Part shown: one piece after another, positions 18,664 to 28,878 of the stretch | How the letters are laid out: the number at the start of each line of letters is the position of its first letter | Position numbering within the stretch: the first letter of the stretch is position 1 | DNA from: Candidatus Latescibacterota bacterium | Lineage (GTDB): Bacteria > Latescibacterota > UBA2968 > UBA8231 | Assembly (NCBI GenBank): GCA_965203355.1 | Contig: OZ241889.1 | Span: 1,664,001-1,728,000, forward strand | Reading direction: 5' to 3' | Length of the DNA stretch: 64,000 nt | Program-made: the position numbers and the translations under genes | The notes under the pieces: generated by a model | Seen by the model: the letters and a program-made list of their open reading frames with translations, nothing else | Database searches by the model: none | Told to the model about the DNA's origin: nothing

Positions 18664-20355
18664 TTATTGCAGCATTTCGCGGGCGTGTTGGCGTGCTGTG
18701 TCCGAAATGGTCTCGCCGGCCAACAGATAGGCAATTTCTTCGGCGCGAGCCGTTGCGTCGAGTAGCACGACCTCGGTGATGGTCTGCTGTTGCCCCTGCC
18801 GCTTGCGCACGGAAAAGTGCTGATCGGCGAGGCTGGCAATCTGCGGCAGATGGGTGATGACAATGGTTTGGTGCGCCGCCGCCAGGGTCTGTAGCTTGCG
18901 GCCAACGGCGGCGGCGATGCGCCCCGAGATACCAGCGTCGATTTCGTCAAACACCAAGGTCGAAACGAAGTCGCGCCCAGCGACCGCTTCCTTGAGAGCC
19001 AGCATCACGCGCGAAATTTCCCCGCCCGAAGCCATGTGTGCTAGGGGTCGCGGTGGCTGGCCGGCATTGGCGGAAATGTGGAAGGCGACGTGCTCCATGC
19101 CGTGCTCGCCTGCTGCGTAGTGCCGCCCATCGCGTTGAACTATCCCCTCCGGATCTTCGGCGGTTGTCAACTCGATGTAAAACTGGGCCTTGGCTATGCC
19201 CAACTGTCCGAGGGCGGCGACTAGCACCCGCGACAAGGTGGCGCTCGCCTGCTGGCGCGCCGCAGAAAGGGAGAGGCAACAGGCGGCAAACTCGGAGCGT
19301 GCTTGATCGCGGCGTTCAGCCGCTTGGGCCACCTCGTCGCGGAGGCGGTCAACGCGGTCTTCGCACACTGCAAGCTCGCGGGCGCGTTCTAACACGGCGT
19401 CGAGAGTGCCGCCGTATTTCTTTTTTAAGGTGCGCAGGCCATCGCGGCGGTCTCGCAGTTCGTCGGCCCGTCGCGGGCGCACCTCAATGCTGCGGGCGTA
19501 GTCGCGGAGTTGGTCGGCTAGATCTTCGACTTCGTAGATCAATTCCTCCAAGGCTGCGACTTGGGGCCCGAGTGCCGGGTCGATTTCGCAGAGTTGGCCT
19601 AGCTGACGACGCACTTGGCCGAGGGTTTCGTACACTGCGCCTTCGCGCTGATAGAGTCGGTCGTAGAGCTGAAGGCCGCCTTGGGATAAGGTCTCGGCGT
19701 TTTCGAGAACCTGCAACTCGCGCTCTAGCTCGGGTTCTTCACCCGGTCGAGGTGCGAGGAGGCGGATCTCTTCCAGTTGGAGAACGCGCCATTTGTTTTC
19801 GGCCGCGAGTGCGTCGCGCTCCGTGTGCAGTCGGTTGAGGAGGGCCGCGCTGTAGCGATAAGTGCGCCAGTGCTGCCCCACGAGGCGGCGCTGGTCATTG
19901 AGGCCGGCAAACGCGTCGAGAAAGCGGGCGTGGAGCTTGGGGTTGAGCAGCGATTGGTGTTCGTGTTGGCCGTGCAAATCGACCAAGATCGCGCCGATTT
20001 GTTTTAGCTGTTTGATTGGCCGACCCTGGCCATTGACAAAAGCGCGGGAGCGACCTTGGCCGCGAATCTCGCGGCGGAGGATGATTTGGCCGTCCTCCAA
20101 GAGAGCGCCCAAATCGGTTAGGCGTGCGACTTGACCTGGGTCGTCGAGTTCAAAAAAGCCCTCCACCGCGCACGAACTCGCTCCTTTGCGCACGAACTCG
20201 GCGTTGACGGGCCCGCCGAGGATGGAGTTGAGGGCCCCGATGAGAATGGACTTACCAGCCCCGGTCTCGCCAGTGATGACGTTGAGGCCGGGGCCGAATT
20301 CGATCACCGCTTCTTCGATAAGGGCAAAGTCCTTGATGTAGAGGCGAGTCAGCAT
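18664..20355 (-). CDS. recN: DNA repair protein RecN
   Basis: ITGETGAGKS, HGQHEHQ, ASGGEISR, VFDEIDAG, ITHLPQ. Confidence 0.96.
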   Translation of the reverse strand: MLTRLYIKDFALIEEAVIEFGPGLNVITGETGAGKSILIGALNSILGGPVNAEFVRKGASSCAVEGFFELDDPGQVARLTDLGALLEDGQIILRREIRGQGRSRAFVNGQGRPIKQLKQIGAILVDLHGQHEHQSLLNPKLHARFLDAFAGLNDQRRLVGQHWRTYRYSAALLNRLHTERDALAAENKWRVLQLEEIRLLAPRPGEEPELERELQVLENAETLSQGGLQLYDRLYQREGAVYETLGQVRRQLGQLCEIDPALGPQVAALEELIYEVEDLADQLRDYARSIEVRPRRADELRDRRDGLRTLKKKYGGTLDAVLERARELAVCEDRVDRLRDEVAQAAERRDQARSEFAACCLSLSAARQQASATLSRVLVAALGQLGIAKAQFYIELTTAEDPEGIVQRDGRHYAAGEHGMEHVAFHISANAGQPPRPLAHMASGGEISRVMLALKEAVAGRDFVSTLVFDEIDAGISGRIAAAVGRKLQTLAAAHQTIVITHLPQIASLADQHFSVRKRQGQQQTITEVVLLDATARAEEIAYLLAGETISDTARQHAREMLQ

Positions 20356-20375
20356 CGGGCCAAGGCCGAGAAGTG

Positions 20376-20606
20376 CTATTGGTCGTCTTGGTCGTCCAGA
20401 AAGGAGAGGCGAAACTGGCCCTCGCCGTCGGCGGTGAGAACTTGGACGCGCTCGCGGGTCTGCTCGAGCCATTGGCCGCAGGTGCGCGAGGCGGCGACGC
20501 CTTTTTCAAATACTTCGAGGGCCTCTTCGAGCTTGAGGTCGCCTGCTTCGAGGCGTTGAACGCTCTCTTCGAGCACGGCTAGGGCTTCTTCAAAAGATTC
20601 AATCAT
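20376..20606 (-). CDS. xseB: exodeoxyribonuclease VII small subunit
   Basis: SFEEALAVLEESVQRLEAGDLKLEEAL..FEKG. Confidence 0.93.
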   Translation of the reverse strand: MIESFEEALAVLEESVQRLEAGDLKLEEALEVFEKGVAASRTCGQWLEQTRERVQVLTADGEGQFRLSFLDDQDDQ

Positions 20607-21843
20607 CGAGTTTATCCTCCACACGGCAGATAGCGCCGCCGCGGTGAAAGCGCAGTTGCAGTTTATCGCCTCGCTGAAGCTCGTTGCCGTCGCGGACGAG
20701 GCGTTTGCTGGCGACGCGTTCCACTAGGGCAAAACCGCGCGCTAGGCTCGTAAGCGGGCTGAGGTCGTCGAGGCGGGTGGTGGCGGTGGCTAGGGCCTCC
20801 AACTGGGTGCGCAAAAACCAATCGAAAGCGGTCGAAAGGGCTTGGCAACGCTCGTCGAGATATAGGCTTTGCTGCTGCAAGCGATCGTCGAGGCGGGCGC
20901 GCAGGCGGTCCGGGTTGCAGTGGCGCGACCGCTCCTCTAAAGAACTGAGATAGTGCTCCATTTCCGTTAGCAAGCGGCCTTGCTGCTCGGCCACGCGCTC
21001 GCGCAGGGTGCTGCGTTCGCGGGCGACCATTTCGGCCGCGGCCGAGGGAGTTGGAGCGCGACAGTCGGCCACGTAGTCGGCGATGGTGTAATCGATCTCG
21101 TGGCCGACCGCAGAGATGACGGGTTGAGGCGACTGGTAGATGGCCCAAGCGACGGATTCGTCGTTGAAAGGCCAGAGGTCCTCGGGCGCACCACCGCCGC
21201 GGCCGACGATCAATACATCGATGTCGCCTAGCTGATTCAAACTGGCGATGGCGGCGGCGATCTCAGCGGCGGCTTCCTCGCCTTGAACCCGAGCCGGGCA
21301 GAGGACGATCTCGACATCTGGTGCGCGTCGGTTGAGGATTTGGATGATGTCGTGGATGGCCGCGCCGGTCCGCGAGGTTACTACGCCGATCTTGCGGGGA
21401 TACGGGGGCAGGGGGCGCTTGCGGTCTTCGGCGAAAAGTCCTGCGGCCTCTAGGCGGTTTTTGAGCTGCTCGAAGGCGATAGCCAGCTCGCCGACGCCAG
21501 CGGGTTTGATTTGCTCAGCATAGAGTTGGTACTTTCCGGCGCGCTCGAAGACGGAGATAGATCCGTACACCTGCACCTGCATACCCTGTTGGGGGCTGAA
21601 AGAGAGCGAGCTAGCCTGCCATTTAAACATCACCGCGCTTAGCTGGCTCGCGTTGTCTTTGAGCGTGAAATAGCGGTGGCCGGAGCTGTGGTGGGTGTAC
21701 TGAGATACTTCGCCCTCGACCCAGCACTTGGGCAGGCTCTCTTCGAGCAGCCCCTTGACTTGGCTGGTGATTTCGGAGACCGAGTAAGGCCGGTGGCCGG
21801 CGTCTTCGGCATCGGTCCAGAAGAGCGGCTCTTGAAAGGACAT
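20599..21843 (-). CDS. xseA: exodeoxyribonuclease VII large subunit
   Basis: SGHRYFTLKD, GRGGG, SAVGHEID, APTPSAAAE. Confidence 0.96.
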   Translation of the reverse strand: MSFQEPLFWTDAEDAGHRPYSVSEITSQVKGLLEESLPKCWVEGEVSQYTHHSSGHRYFTLKDNASQLSAVMFKWQASSLSFSPQQGMQVQVYGSISVFERAGKYQLYAEQIKPAGVGELAIAFEQLKNRLEAAGLFAEDRKRPLPPYPRKIGVVTSRTGAAIHDIIQILNRRAPDVEIVLCPARVQGEEAAAEIAAAIASLNQLGDIDVLIVGRGGGAPEDLWPFNDESVAWAIYQSPQPVISAVGHEIDYTIADYVADCRAPTPSAAAEMVARERSTLRERVAEQQGRLLTEMEHYLSSLEERSRHCNPDRLRARLDDRLQQQSLYLDERCQALSTAFDWFLRTQLEALATATTRLDDLSPLTSLARGFALVERVASKRLVRDGNELQRGDKLQLRFHRGGAICRVEDKLDD

Positions 21844-21860
21844 AGGGGCTCCGGGTAATC

Positions 21861-21906
21861 AATTGAGAATTAGCGCACTCGTCGCGCCTAATTCCTAATT
21901 CCTAAT
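21861..21906. repeat. heptamer (CCTAATT)x3 stem-loop in the ymdB-xseA spacer
   Basis: CCTAATT CCTAATT CCTAAT at 21887-21906, partly complementary to AATTGAGAATTAG at 21861-21873. Confidence 0.55.
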
Positions 21907-21916
21907 GTACGCTAGG

Positions 21917-22699
21917 TCAAGGCTCGGCTAGCTGCAACCGCTCGATTCGAGTGGCCCGGCCGCTTGCCTCGTCGGCCTCGACCAGTGCGCCGCAGAGCAC
22001 GGCCTTGCCGTTGGCGGGCTTGAAACGGGTGGGTACTTGGGTGAGGAAGCGTTGGATAGCTATTTCGGGACGGACGCCAATCACGGATTCGCGGATGCCG
22101 GTCATGCCAGCGTCGGTTAAGTACGCCGTGCCTTTGGGCAAGATGCACTCGTCCGCGGTTTGCACGTGGGTGTGGGTGCCGATGACTGCGGTGGCTAAGC
22201 CGTCGAGGTGGAAGCCGAGAGCCATTTTCTCGGCCGTGGCTTCGGCGTGAAAATCTACAAAGACTAAAGGGGTCTCTGCGCGTAGGCGCTCGACCTCGGC
22301 GCGGCCCGTGCGGAAGGGGCAATCAATGGCGGGCATCCCGATGCGCCCTTGGAGGCAGAGCACGGCCACGGGGAGACCGCCGCGTGCGGCGACGATGGTC
22401 GCACCCATGCCGGGAGCGTCTTTGGGGTAGTTGAAGGGGCGCAGGATGCGGTCGGATTGGTCTAGGTACGGGATGAACTCGCGGCGGTCCCAGACGTGGT
22501 TGCCGCTGGTGATGACGTCGGTGCCATAGCTGTGCAGCTTGTGCGCGATGCGGTCGGTGAGGCCAAACCCTCCGGCGGCATTTTCGCCGTTGGCGATTAC
22601 CAGAGAGACTTCGCGCTGTTTCACTAACTCGGGAATTACGGCTGCCGCGACCCGGCGACCCGGCTGGGCAAAGATATCGGCGACGAAGAGAATGTTCAC
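21917..22699 (-). CDS. ymdB: YmdB/TIGR00282 metallophosphoesterase
   Basis: NGENAAGG, TSGNHVWD, DFHAEATAEK, GTHTHV. Lies downstream of rny. Confidence 0.92.
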   Translation of the reverse strand: MNILFVADIFAQPGRRVAAAVIPELVKQREVSLVIANGENAAGGFGLTDRIAHKLHSYGTDVITSGNHVWDRREFIPYLDQSDRILRPFNYPKDAPGMGATIVAARGGLPVAVLCLQGRIGMPAIDCPFRTGRAEVERLRAETPLVFVDFHAEATAEKMALGFHLDGLATAVIGTHTHVQTADECILPKGTAYLTDAGMTGIRESVIGVRPEIAIQRFLTQVPTRFKPANGKAVLCGALVEADEASGRATRIERLQLAEP

Positions 22700-24315
22700 C
22701 GCGCGTGCGACTCGGTGCGCATCTCGCGGATGATGCAGACGCGCAACTGCCCAGGGTATTCGAGTTGTCGCTCGAGCTTGGTGGTGATGTCGTCGGCGAG
22801 TTGCTCGGCGTACGTGTCGTCCACCACTTCGCTGTCGACCAAGACCCGAACCTCCTTGCCGTTTTGCAGGGCAAAAGCCTGTCTCACGCCCACATAGTCG
22901 GATGCGATTTGCTCAATATGGTGCAAGCGGCGGATGTAGTCCTCGACTTTTTCTTTGTGGGCACCCGGGCGGTGGGTGGAGATTTCGTTGGCGGCTTCGA
23001 CTAGGATGGCGATAGCTGGACGCGATGGCGTGTGCTTGCTATGGGTTTCGATAATCTGCACAACTTCAGGGCTTTCGCCGCCCTTGCGGGCCAGTACGGC
23101 ACCGCTTTGCGCTGGGTCGTTGCCCAACTCAAAGTCCTGTGCCTTGCCGATGTCGTGCAAGAGACCAGCGCGGCGCGCCAACGCTATGTCAAGGTTGAGC
23201 ATCTCGGCCATCATGCCGGCTAAAAGCCCGACTTCCTTGCTGTGGACCAACAAGTTTTGTCCGTAGCTGGTGCGGAAGCGGAGCTTGCCCAGCGTCTCTA
23301 ATAGCGACTCGGATAAATCGTGAATGCCGAGGTCAAAGGCGGCTTTGGAACCGGCCTCGCGGATCATCTCCCCGACGGTGCTGCGGGTCTTGTCATACAC
23401 TTCCTCAATGCGCCCGGGGTGGATGCGTCCGTCGCGGATGAGCGTTTCGAGCGTGCGTTTGGCCACTTCGCGGCGCAGTGGATCAAAGCCCGAGAGCATG
23501 ACCATACCCGGGGTGTCATCGACGATGATCTCGACGCCGGTGATCATTTCAAAGGAGCGGATATTGCGCCCGTCGCGGCCGATGATGCGCCCCTTCATGT
23601 CGTCAAAGGGGATGGGCACGGCCGAAAGCGTACTCTCGACGGTCAGTTCTCCGGCGAAGCGCTGGATGGAGCGGGTGATGATTTCTTTGGCCTCTAGGTT
23701 AGCCGTGGCAACGGCGGTGTCTTTGATCTCGCGGACCTTGCGGGCGGCAACTCGGCGTGCGCCTCCCTCTAGCTGATCAAAGAGTATGCGCCGGGCTTCT
23801 TGCTGGCTGATGCCAGCCAACTCTTCCAGCCGCCGACTCTGCTCGCGGTTGAGGTCTTGGGCTTGGACCTCGGCCGCAACTATGGCCGCCTCTCGGCGAT
23901 TGAGGTCTTCTTCGTTTTTGACCTGTTCGCGCTCCTTGCTCGTGAGCAGGTCTATTTTGCGCTCTAGTTGCTGTTCGTGCTCTAGCAGCTTGGCTGCCTG
24001 TGCGCGCAACGAGTGCCTCTGTGTCTCTTGCTCCTTTTCCAGCGGAGCCCGCTCGCGGTGCCATTCGTCCCTTGCTTCGATCAAGGCATTTTTTTTTAAG
24101 ACCTCGGCTTCTTGGTGGGCGCGGGCGACGATCTGATCGGCGGTGGCTTGGGTGCTGTGTAGTTTGCTGTTGCGCAGCCGCTCACTCCCTAGCCAGCCGA
24201 GGAGACAGCCGCCGGCGAAAAAGGCGATGGCAAAGCAGATTAAGACTATGTAGTCAAACCCATTAAACAAGGGTATCTCTTTCTTATCCTTATCGGTCTC
24301 GACGCCTGCGGGCAT
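22696..24315 (-). CDS. rny: ribonuclease Y (divergent HD domain)
   Basis: N-terminal TM, coiled coil, KH domain (MKGRIIGRDGRNIR), RTSYGQN, LLHDIGKA. Start uncertain. Confidence 0.93.
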   Translation of the reverse strand: MPAGVETDKDKKEIPLFNGFDYIVLICFAIAFFAGGCLLGWLGSERLRNSKLHSTQATADQIVARAHQEAEVLKKNALIEARDEWHRERAPLEKEQETQRHSLRAQAAKLLEHEQQLERKIDLLTSKEREQVKNEEDLNRREAAIVAAEVQAQDLNREQSRRLEELAGISQQEARRILFDQLEGGARRVAARKVREIKDTAVATANLEAKEIITRSIQRFAGELTVESTLSAVPIPFDDMKGRIIGRDGRNIRSFEMITGVEIIVDDTPGMVMLSGFDPLRREVAKRTLETLIRDGRIHPGRIEEVYDKTRSTVGEMIREAGSKAAFDLGIHDLSESLLETLGKLRFRTSYGQNLLVHSKEVGLLAGMMAEMLNLDIALARRAGLLHDIGKAQDFELGNDPAQSGAVLARKGGESPEVVQIIETHSKHTPSRPAIAILVEAANEISTHRPGAHKEKVEDYIRRLHHIEQIASDYVGVRQAFALQNGKEVRVLVDSEVVDDTYAEQLADDITTKLERQLEYPGQLRVCIIREMRTESHAR

Positions 24316-24336
24316 CGGGCCAGAGCACGGGATACT

Positions 24337-24660
24337 TCAGCTATCGGAACGGGGAGCTTCTACTTCGGCGAAAAGGCGCCCAAGCGAGGTAGCGAGTTGA
24401 GAAGTCCGCTGGGCTATGTCGGCTTCAGCGGAAGCGTAGTCCTCCCGCAGAGACAGGAGTTCCTCGACTAAGCTCAGACTGGCCAAGATGGCCACTTGGA
24501 GTGGGGAGCCGGGGGAGCCGCCTTTGATCTCGCGTTTGACTTCGTGCATGCGCTCGTCCACCATATCGGCGAGCCTTTGCACATGTTCGGCAGAGTGCTC
24601 TTCATCGACTCCTAGGGTATAGTGCTTGTCGAATATTTTGACCACGACTTGGGACGACAT
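24337..24660 (-). CDS. zapA: cell division protein ZapA
   Basis: VVVKIFDKHYTL, LADMVDERM, VAILASL. Lies between pheT and rny. Confidence 0.85.
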   Translation of the reverse strand: MSSQVVVKIFDKHYTLGVDEEHSAEHVQRLADMVDERMHEVKREIKGGSPGSPLQVAILASLSLVEELLSLREDYASAEADIAQRTSQLATSLGRLFAEVEAPRSDS

Positions 24661-24689
24661 ATTAGGCCCCTTTCTCAGGTATTTTTGTT

Positions 24690-24992
24690 TTATTCGGCCT
24701 CTGTGTGGGCTGCTTCGACCTTGCTGCTGAAGGCAGCATCCAAACGGCTGAGGAGCTGTTCGATGCGTTCCCTTACCGCTTCTTTGTCCTTTTTGATCTG
24801 TTCGTTTTCGCTGCTGACGACGCTGATTTTTGCTTCGAGGCTCTGGATGTCTGTCTGCAGGGTGTCATTTTTTTCTCTGAGGCTCTGGAGCTGCCCATTC
24901 AGTTCGTCGTTTTCCTGGCGCAGCGTTTCGAGAGTCTCGGTCAGGCGGTTGATGTAGCGCTCGAGGCGTTCAAAATTTTCGTTTACATCCAT
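24690..24992 (-). CDS. ZapB-like coiled-coil protein
   Basis: All coiled coil, ending VRERIEQLLSRLD. Lies upstream of zapA. Confidence 0.75.
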   Translation of the reverse strand: MDVNENFERLERYINRLTETLETLRQENDELNGQLQSLREKNDTLQTDIQSLEAKISVVSSENEQIKKDKEAVRERIEQLLSRLDAAFSSKVEAAHTEAE

Positions 24993-25024
24993 TGGGGTGA
25001 CTACACTCCTGATTGAGGTTGAGA

Positions 25025-27403
25025 TTAGCGCAAACGAGCACCGAACCGCGCTTGGAGACGCTTGAGCATGGCAGAGATCGCCGCGTCGGCCTGAGCGTCC
25101 TGCAACGTCTGTTCGCGGTCGCGCAGACGAATGGCGAACGCGACGCTCTTGTGGCCTGCTTCTATTTGATCCCCTTGATAGAGGTCAAAAACCTCGATGG
25201 ATTCGACGAGGCGGGGCGCACCATCTCGCATGGTGGCGATAAGTTCGGCGGTTGCAGTGTCTGCGCGGACGACTATGGCCAAGTCGCGCTCGATCGGCGG
25301 AAACTTGGGAGGCGCGGTAAATGAGTGCTCCCGACCGTGCCAATGGCGTACCATCGCGGCAAGCGATGTTTCAAAAATATGTACTTGGCGCTCTAAATCA
25401 AATGCCGCGCATAAGTCGGCCGAAGCTTGGCCCAGCCAGCCGAGAGGCTGGCCACCAAGAGAAACATAGGCCGCGTGTCCCGAGCGGCATTCAGAGCGGT
25501 CAGCGGGCGTAAAGCGCAAATCCCCCTCGCCCACCAGTGCTTCGAGTAAGCCCTTGAGGTCGAAAAAGTCGGCCTCGCGGGCATCGGCCTGATAGGGAGA
25601 GGCTGAAACTCGGCCGGACCACAGAGCGGCGAGATGCCAGCTTTCCTCGGGCCTTGCGCCCTTTTCGGACGCGGCGACAAAGCACTTGCCCAGCTCGAAA
25701 ATGGCCACTCCTGCGGCCCGCTGGTTGAAGTTGCGACGCACGACGTCTAATAGGCTCGGCACCAAGGTGGTGCGCAAGGCGTCTTGGGTTTCGGTCGGCG
25801 GGTTGGCCAAGCGGACGGCCCGGCCGGCAGCACCGACTAATTCGAGCCAGCGGGATTCGACGATCGTATTGCTGACAACTTCGTCTAAACCCAAGCCCAA
25901 GAGCCGGTGCCGTGCGACCTGCCTAAAGGTGAATTCGGGGTTGCGCTGGGTGATCCAAGGGCCAGATGCCTCTTGGCGGCCCTCGATGCGGTCGAAGCCG
26001 TAGATGCGGCCAATTTCCTCGATGAGGTCGGCGGGCCGCGTTAGGTCGGGGCGGAAGCTCGGAGCCGTTACCACGAGGGGCTGGCCCGACTCGACTCGAC
26101 AGCCGAGGCGTTCGAGAATCTGAGTGATGGCAGCGGAGTCTAACTCCGTAGCCAAGAGCCGGTTGGTGCGCTCGACATCGAGTGGGATTTGGCGGCGTTG
26201 GCCGGGGCGAGGATACACGTCTAAAGGTGTTGGGGCGACCGCGCCGCCGGTCAGTTTGGCGATTAGGTGAGCGGCGCGGTCAATCGCCTGCACCGGAGCG
26301 TCCCAATCGGCACCGCGCTCAAAGCGCGTGGCTGCCTCAGTGAAAAGCCCTAGTCGAGACCGGGCCAGCCGCACTCGCGATGGTGCGAAATACGCGCTTT
26401 CGAGCAGGATATCCGTAGTATGCGCCGATACTTGGGAATGGGCCCCACCCATGATCCCGGCCAGTGCTTGGGGCCGCGTTCCATCGGCGATGACCAGCAT
26501 CTCTTCGTCGAGTTGGCACAGGGAGTCGTCGAGCATCTCCAAGGTTTCGCCGGCGCGCGCCCGTCGGACGACGATGCGCCGCTGGTCCAGTGCATGCAGG
26601 TCGAAGGCGTGCAGGGGATGCCCCAATTCCAGGAGCACGTAGTTAGTTATATCGACGATGTTGTTGATCGGGCGTTGCCCCACGGCTTGAAGTCGGCGCT
26701 GAAGCCACTCGGGCGCGGGCCCAACCTCGACGCCGCGCACGACGCGGCCGACGTAGCGCAGACAATCATCTGGTGCCTCGATGTCGATCCGCACGTCTTC
26801 TGCGGTGGCCGGTCCGCTTTCGGGTACCTGTGCGTTGGGAAAACGGAGTGGGTTGCCGGTGAGTGCGTGGACCTCGCGGGCAATGCCCAAGAGGCTCAGG
26901 CAGTCCGGGCGATTGGGCGTAACTTCGAAGTCGATGACCACGTCGCCGAGCCCGGTGGCCGCGGCAAAAGGGGTGCCAACCGAGAGGTCTCCGTTGAGCA
27001 CCACAATGCCGTCGTGGTTGTCGCCGAGCCCGAGTTCGTCTTCGGCACAGAGCATACCTTCGGATGCGACGCCGCGGATTTTGGCTTTTTTGATTTGCAT
27101 ACCGCCGGGCAGCGTGGTGCCGGGCAGGGCGACGGCGACGGTTTGCCCGGCCGCAACATTGGGTGCCCCGCAGACGATGGTGTTGACCCCAGTCCCCACA
27201 TCGACTCGGCAGACGGTCAAGCTATCGGCATTTTCGTGTGGGCAACAGGAATTGACGCGACCGATGACGACGCCTTCGTAGCGCGCCCCGAGATCCTCGG
27301 CGCCCTCAAACTCCAAGCCTGCCATGGTCAGGTGCTCGACTAGCTCGGGCCAATCCCAAGCGAAGTTCACGTATTCCTTGAGCCAGTTATAAGTAATTTT
27401 CAT
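25025..27403 (-). CDS. pheT: phenylalanine-tRNA ligase beta subunit
   Basis: IVCGAPNV, TPNRPDCLS, RFERG, DLIEEIGRIYG, FDX-ACB tail (FGARLR). Confidence 0.97.
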   Translation of the reverse strand: MKITYNWLKEYVNFAWDWPELVEHLTMAGLEFEGAEDLGARYEGVVIGRVNSCCPHENADSLTVCRVDVGTGVNTIVCGAPNVAAGQTVAVALPGTTLPGGMQIKKAKIRGVASEGMLCAEDELGLGDNHDGIVVLNGDLSVGTPFAAATGLGDVVIDFEVTPNRPDCLSLLGIAREVHALTGNPLRFPNAQVPESGPATAEDVRIDIEAPDDCLRYVGRVVRGVEVGPAPEWLQRRLQAVGQRPINNIVDITNYVLLELGHPLHAFDLHALDQRRIVVRRARAGETLEMLDDSLCQLDEEMLVIADGTRPQALAGIMGGAHSQVSAHTTDILLESAYFAPSRVRLARSRLGLFTEAATRFERGADWDAPVQAIDRAAHLIAKLTGGAVAPTPLDVYPRPGQRRQIPLDVERTNRLLATELDSAAITQILERLGCRVESGQPLVVTAPSFRPDLTRPADLIEEIGRIYGFDRIEGRQEASGPWITQRNPEFTFRQVARHRLLGLGLDEVVSNTIVESRWLELVGAAGRAVRLANPPTETQDALRTTLVPSLLDVVRRNFNQRAAGVAIFELGKCFVAASEKGARPEESWHLAALWSGRVSASPYQADAREADFFDLKGLLEALVGEGDLRFTPADRSECRSGHAAYVSLGGQPLGWLGQASADLCAAFDLERQVHIFETSLAAMVRHWHGREHSFTAPPKFPPIERDLAIVVRADTATAELIATMRDGAPRLVESIEVFDLYQGDQIEAGHKSVAFAIRLRDREQTLQDAQADAAISAMLKRLQARFGARLR

Positions 27404-27421
27404 AGGATGTTGCCGGAAACC

Positions 27422-28432
27422 TTAGAACTGGCGGATAAACCGCAAGTCGTTTTCGAGAAAGCGCCGCACATCGTCAATGCCGTGGCGGATCATAGCGATC
27501 CGCTCCAACCCCATGCCGAAGGCGAACCCCGTATATTCGTCTGAGTCGTAGCCCACTGCGGCAAAGACGGCCGGATCGACCATGCCAGCACCGGCGATTT
27601 CGATCCAACCCGTTCCCTTGCAAATAGAGCAGTCGGCGCGTTGTCCCTTGCAGGTGCAAGTAAAATCGTATTCCACACTGGGCTCGGTGAAGGGAAAGAA
27701 GTGAGGTCGAAAGCGCACTTGAGTCTCCGCGCCCATAAGCTGGCGTCCCATAGCCTCGACAGTACCCTTCAAATCGGCGAAAGAGACCCCGCGATCGACG
27801 TATAGGCCCTCGATCTGGTGGAAGGCGAAGTGGTGAGTTGCATCAACCGTTTCCTTGCGGTAGCAGCGACCGAGGGAAATGATCCGCACCGGGGGCGGTG
27901 TTTGCTCCATGACGCGAATCTGCACCGTGGAAGTGTGAGTGCGCATGAGGCCACCGCCCTCTAGATAGAAGGTGTCGTGCAGGTCGCGTGCGGGGTGGTC
28001 CGCCGGCGTGTTAAGGGCGTCGAAGTTGTGGTACTCGTCTTCGGCTTCTGGCCCGTCGGCCACGTCAAACCCCATGCCTTGGAAGATGCTGATTAGTTCG
28101 TCGGTTAGTTGAGACAGGGGGTGGGCACAGCCCAACAAAGGCCGTCGGCCCGGGAGTGTTACGTCGAGAGCAGAAGTCGCTTCAGCCAACTGCCGAAGGG
28201 CTAGGGCCTTGTCGTCCAACGCCCGCTGAATAGCTTGTTGAGCGCGACCGGTGGCCTCTCCCAGCGCGGGTCTTTCGGCCGCGGGCAGGTGGCCGATCTG
28301 CCGTGCGATCTGGCGCAAGCGGCTCTTGCGCCCGAGATGGTGAACTCGCAGTGCTTCCAGTGCCTTATCGTCTTGGGCCGCTTTGATTTCCGCTGCGGCC
28401 ACCGACGCCAATTGTCGCACTTCTTCTAACAT
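27422..28432 (-). CDS. pheS: phenylalanine-tRNA ligase alpha subunit
   Basis: HPARDLHDTFY, RTHTS, FPFTEPS, GFAFGMGLER. Confidence 0.97.
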   Translation of the reverse strand: MLEEVRQLASVAAAEIKAAQDDKALEALRVHHLGRKSRLRQIARQIGHLPAAERPALGEATGRAQQAIQRALDDKALALRQLAEATSALDVTLPGRRPLLGCAHPLSQLTDELISIFQGMGFDVADGPEAEDEYHNFDALNTPADHPARDLHDTFYLEGGGLMRTHTSTVQIRVMEQTPPPVRIISLGRCYRKETVDATHHFAFHQIEGLYVDRGVSFADLKGTVEAMGRQLMGAETQVRFRPHFFPFTEPSVEYDFTCTCKGQRADCSICKGTGWIEIAGAGMVDPAVFAAVGYDSDEYTGFAFGMGLERIAMIRHGIDDVRRFLENDLRFIRQF

Positions 28433-28446
28433 ATAGACCTAACAGA

Positions 28447-28485
28447 ACAAAAAGGGCCCAGCGCAAATCGCCGGCCCCTTTTTGT
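28447..28485 (-). terminator. intrinsic terminator after rplT
   Basis: GC-rich hairpin flanked by A5/T5 tracts. Confidence 0.7.
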
Positions 28486-28501
28486 CGGATGGATGTAAGT
28501 T

Positions 28502-28855
28502 TTAGACGTGGGGCCGAACTTGGTCGACTACCGCGGTAAAGGCGGCCGGATCGCGCACGGCTAGATCGGCCAACACCTTGCGGTTGATTGCAACGCCGGC
28601 TTGGTCCAGCCCGTGGACGAGTTGGCTATAAGACATGCCGTTGCGGCGGGCGGCGGCATTGATGCGGACAATCCAGAGGCGGCGGAAGTCCCGTTTGCGC
28701 TGACGCCGGTCGCGATAGGCATAGGCTTGAGCGCGGTCAACGGCTTCTCTAGCGGTGCGGAAGAGGCGGCTGCGCGCGCCCCAATAGCCCTTGGATTGTT
28801 TGAGTACCTTCTTTTTGCGCTTTTTAGTGGCTACGGCGTGATTTACCCGTGGCAT
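28502..28855 (-). CDS. rplT: 50S ribosomal protein L20
   Basis: [35 protein letters not shown]. Confidence 0.98.
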   Translation of the reverse strand: MPRVNHAVATKKRKKKVLKQSKGYWGARSRLFRTAREAVDRAQAYAYRDRRQRKRDFRRLWIVRINAAARRNGMSYSQLVHGLDQAGVAINRKVLADLAVRDPAAFTAVVDQVRPHV

Positions 28856-28878
28856 GGATTACTCTCCGTTAAACTCAC

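Noticed and set aside
24316-24336. 6S RNA, often found after zapA
   Set aside because: The zapA-rny gap is far too short to hold it, even with a later rny start.
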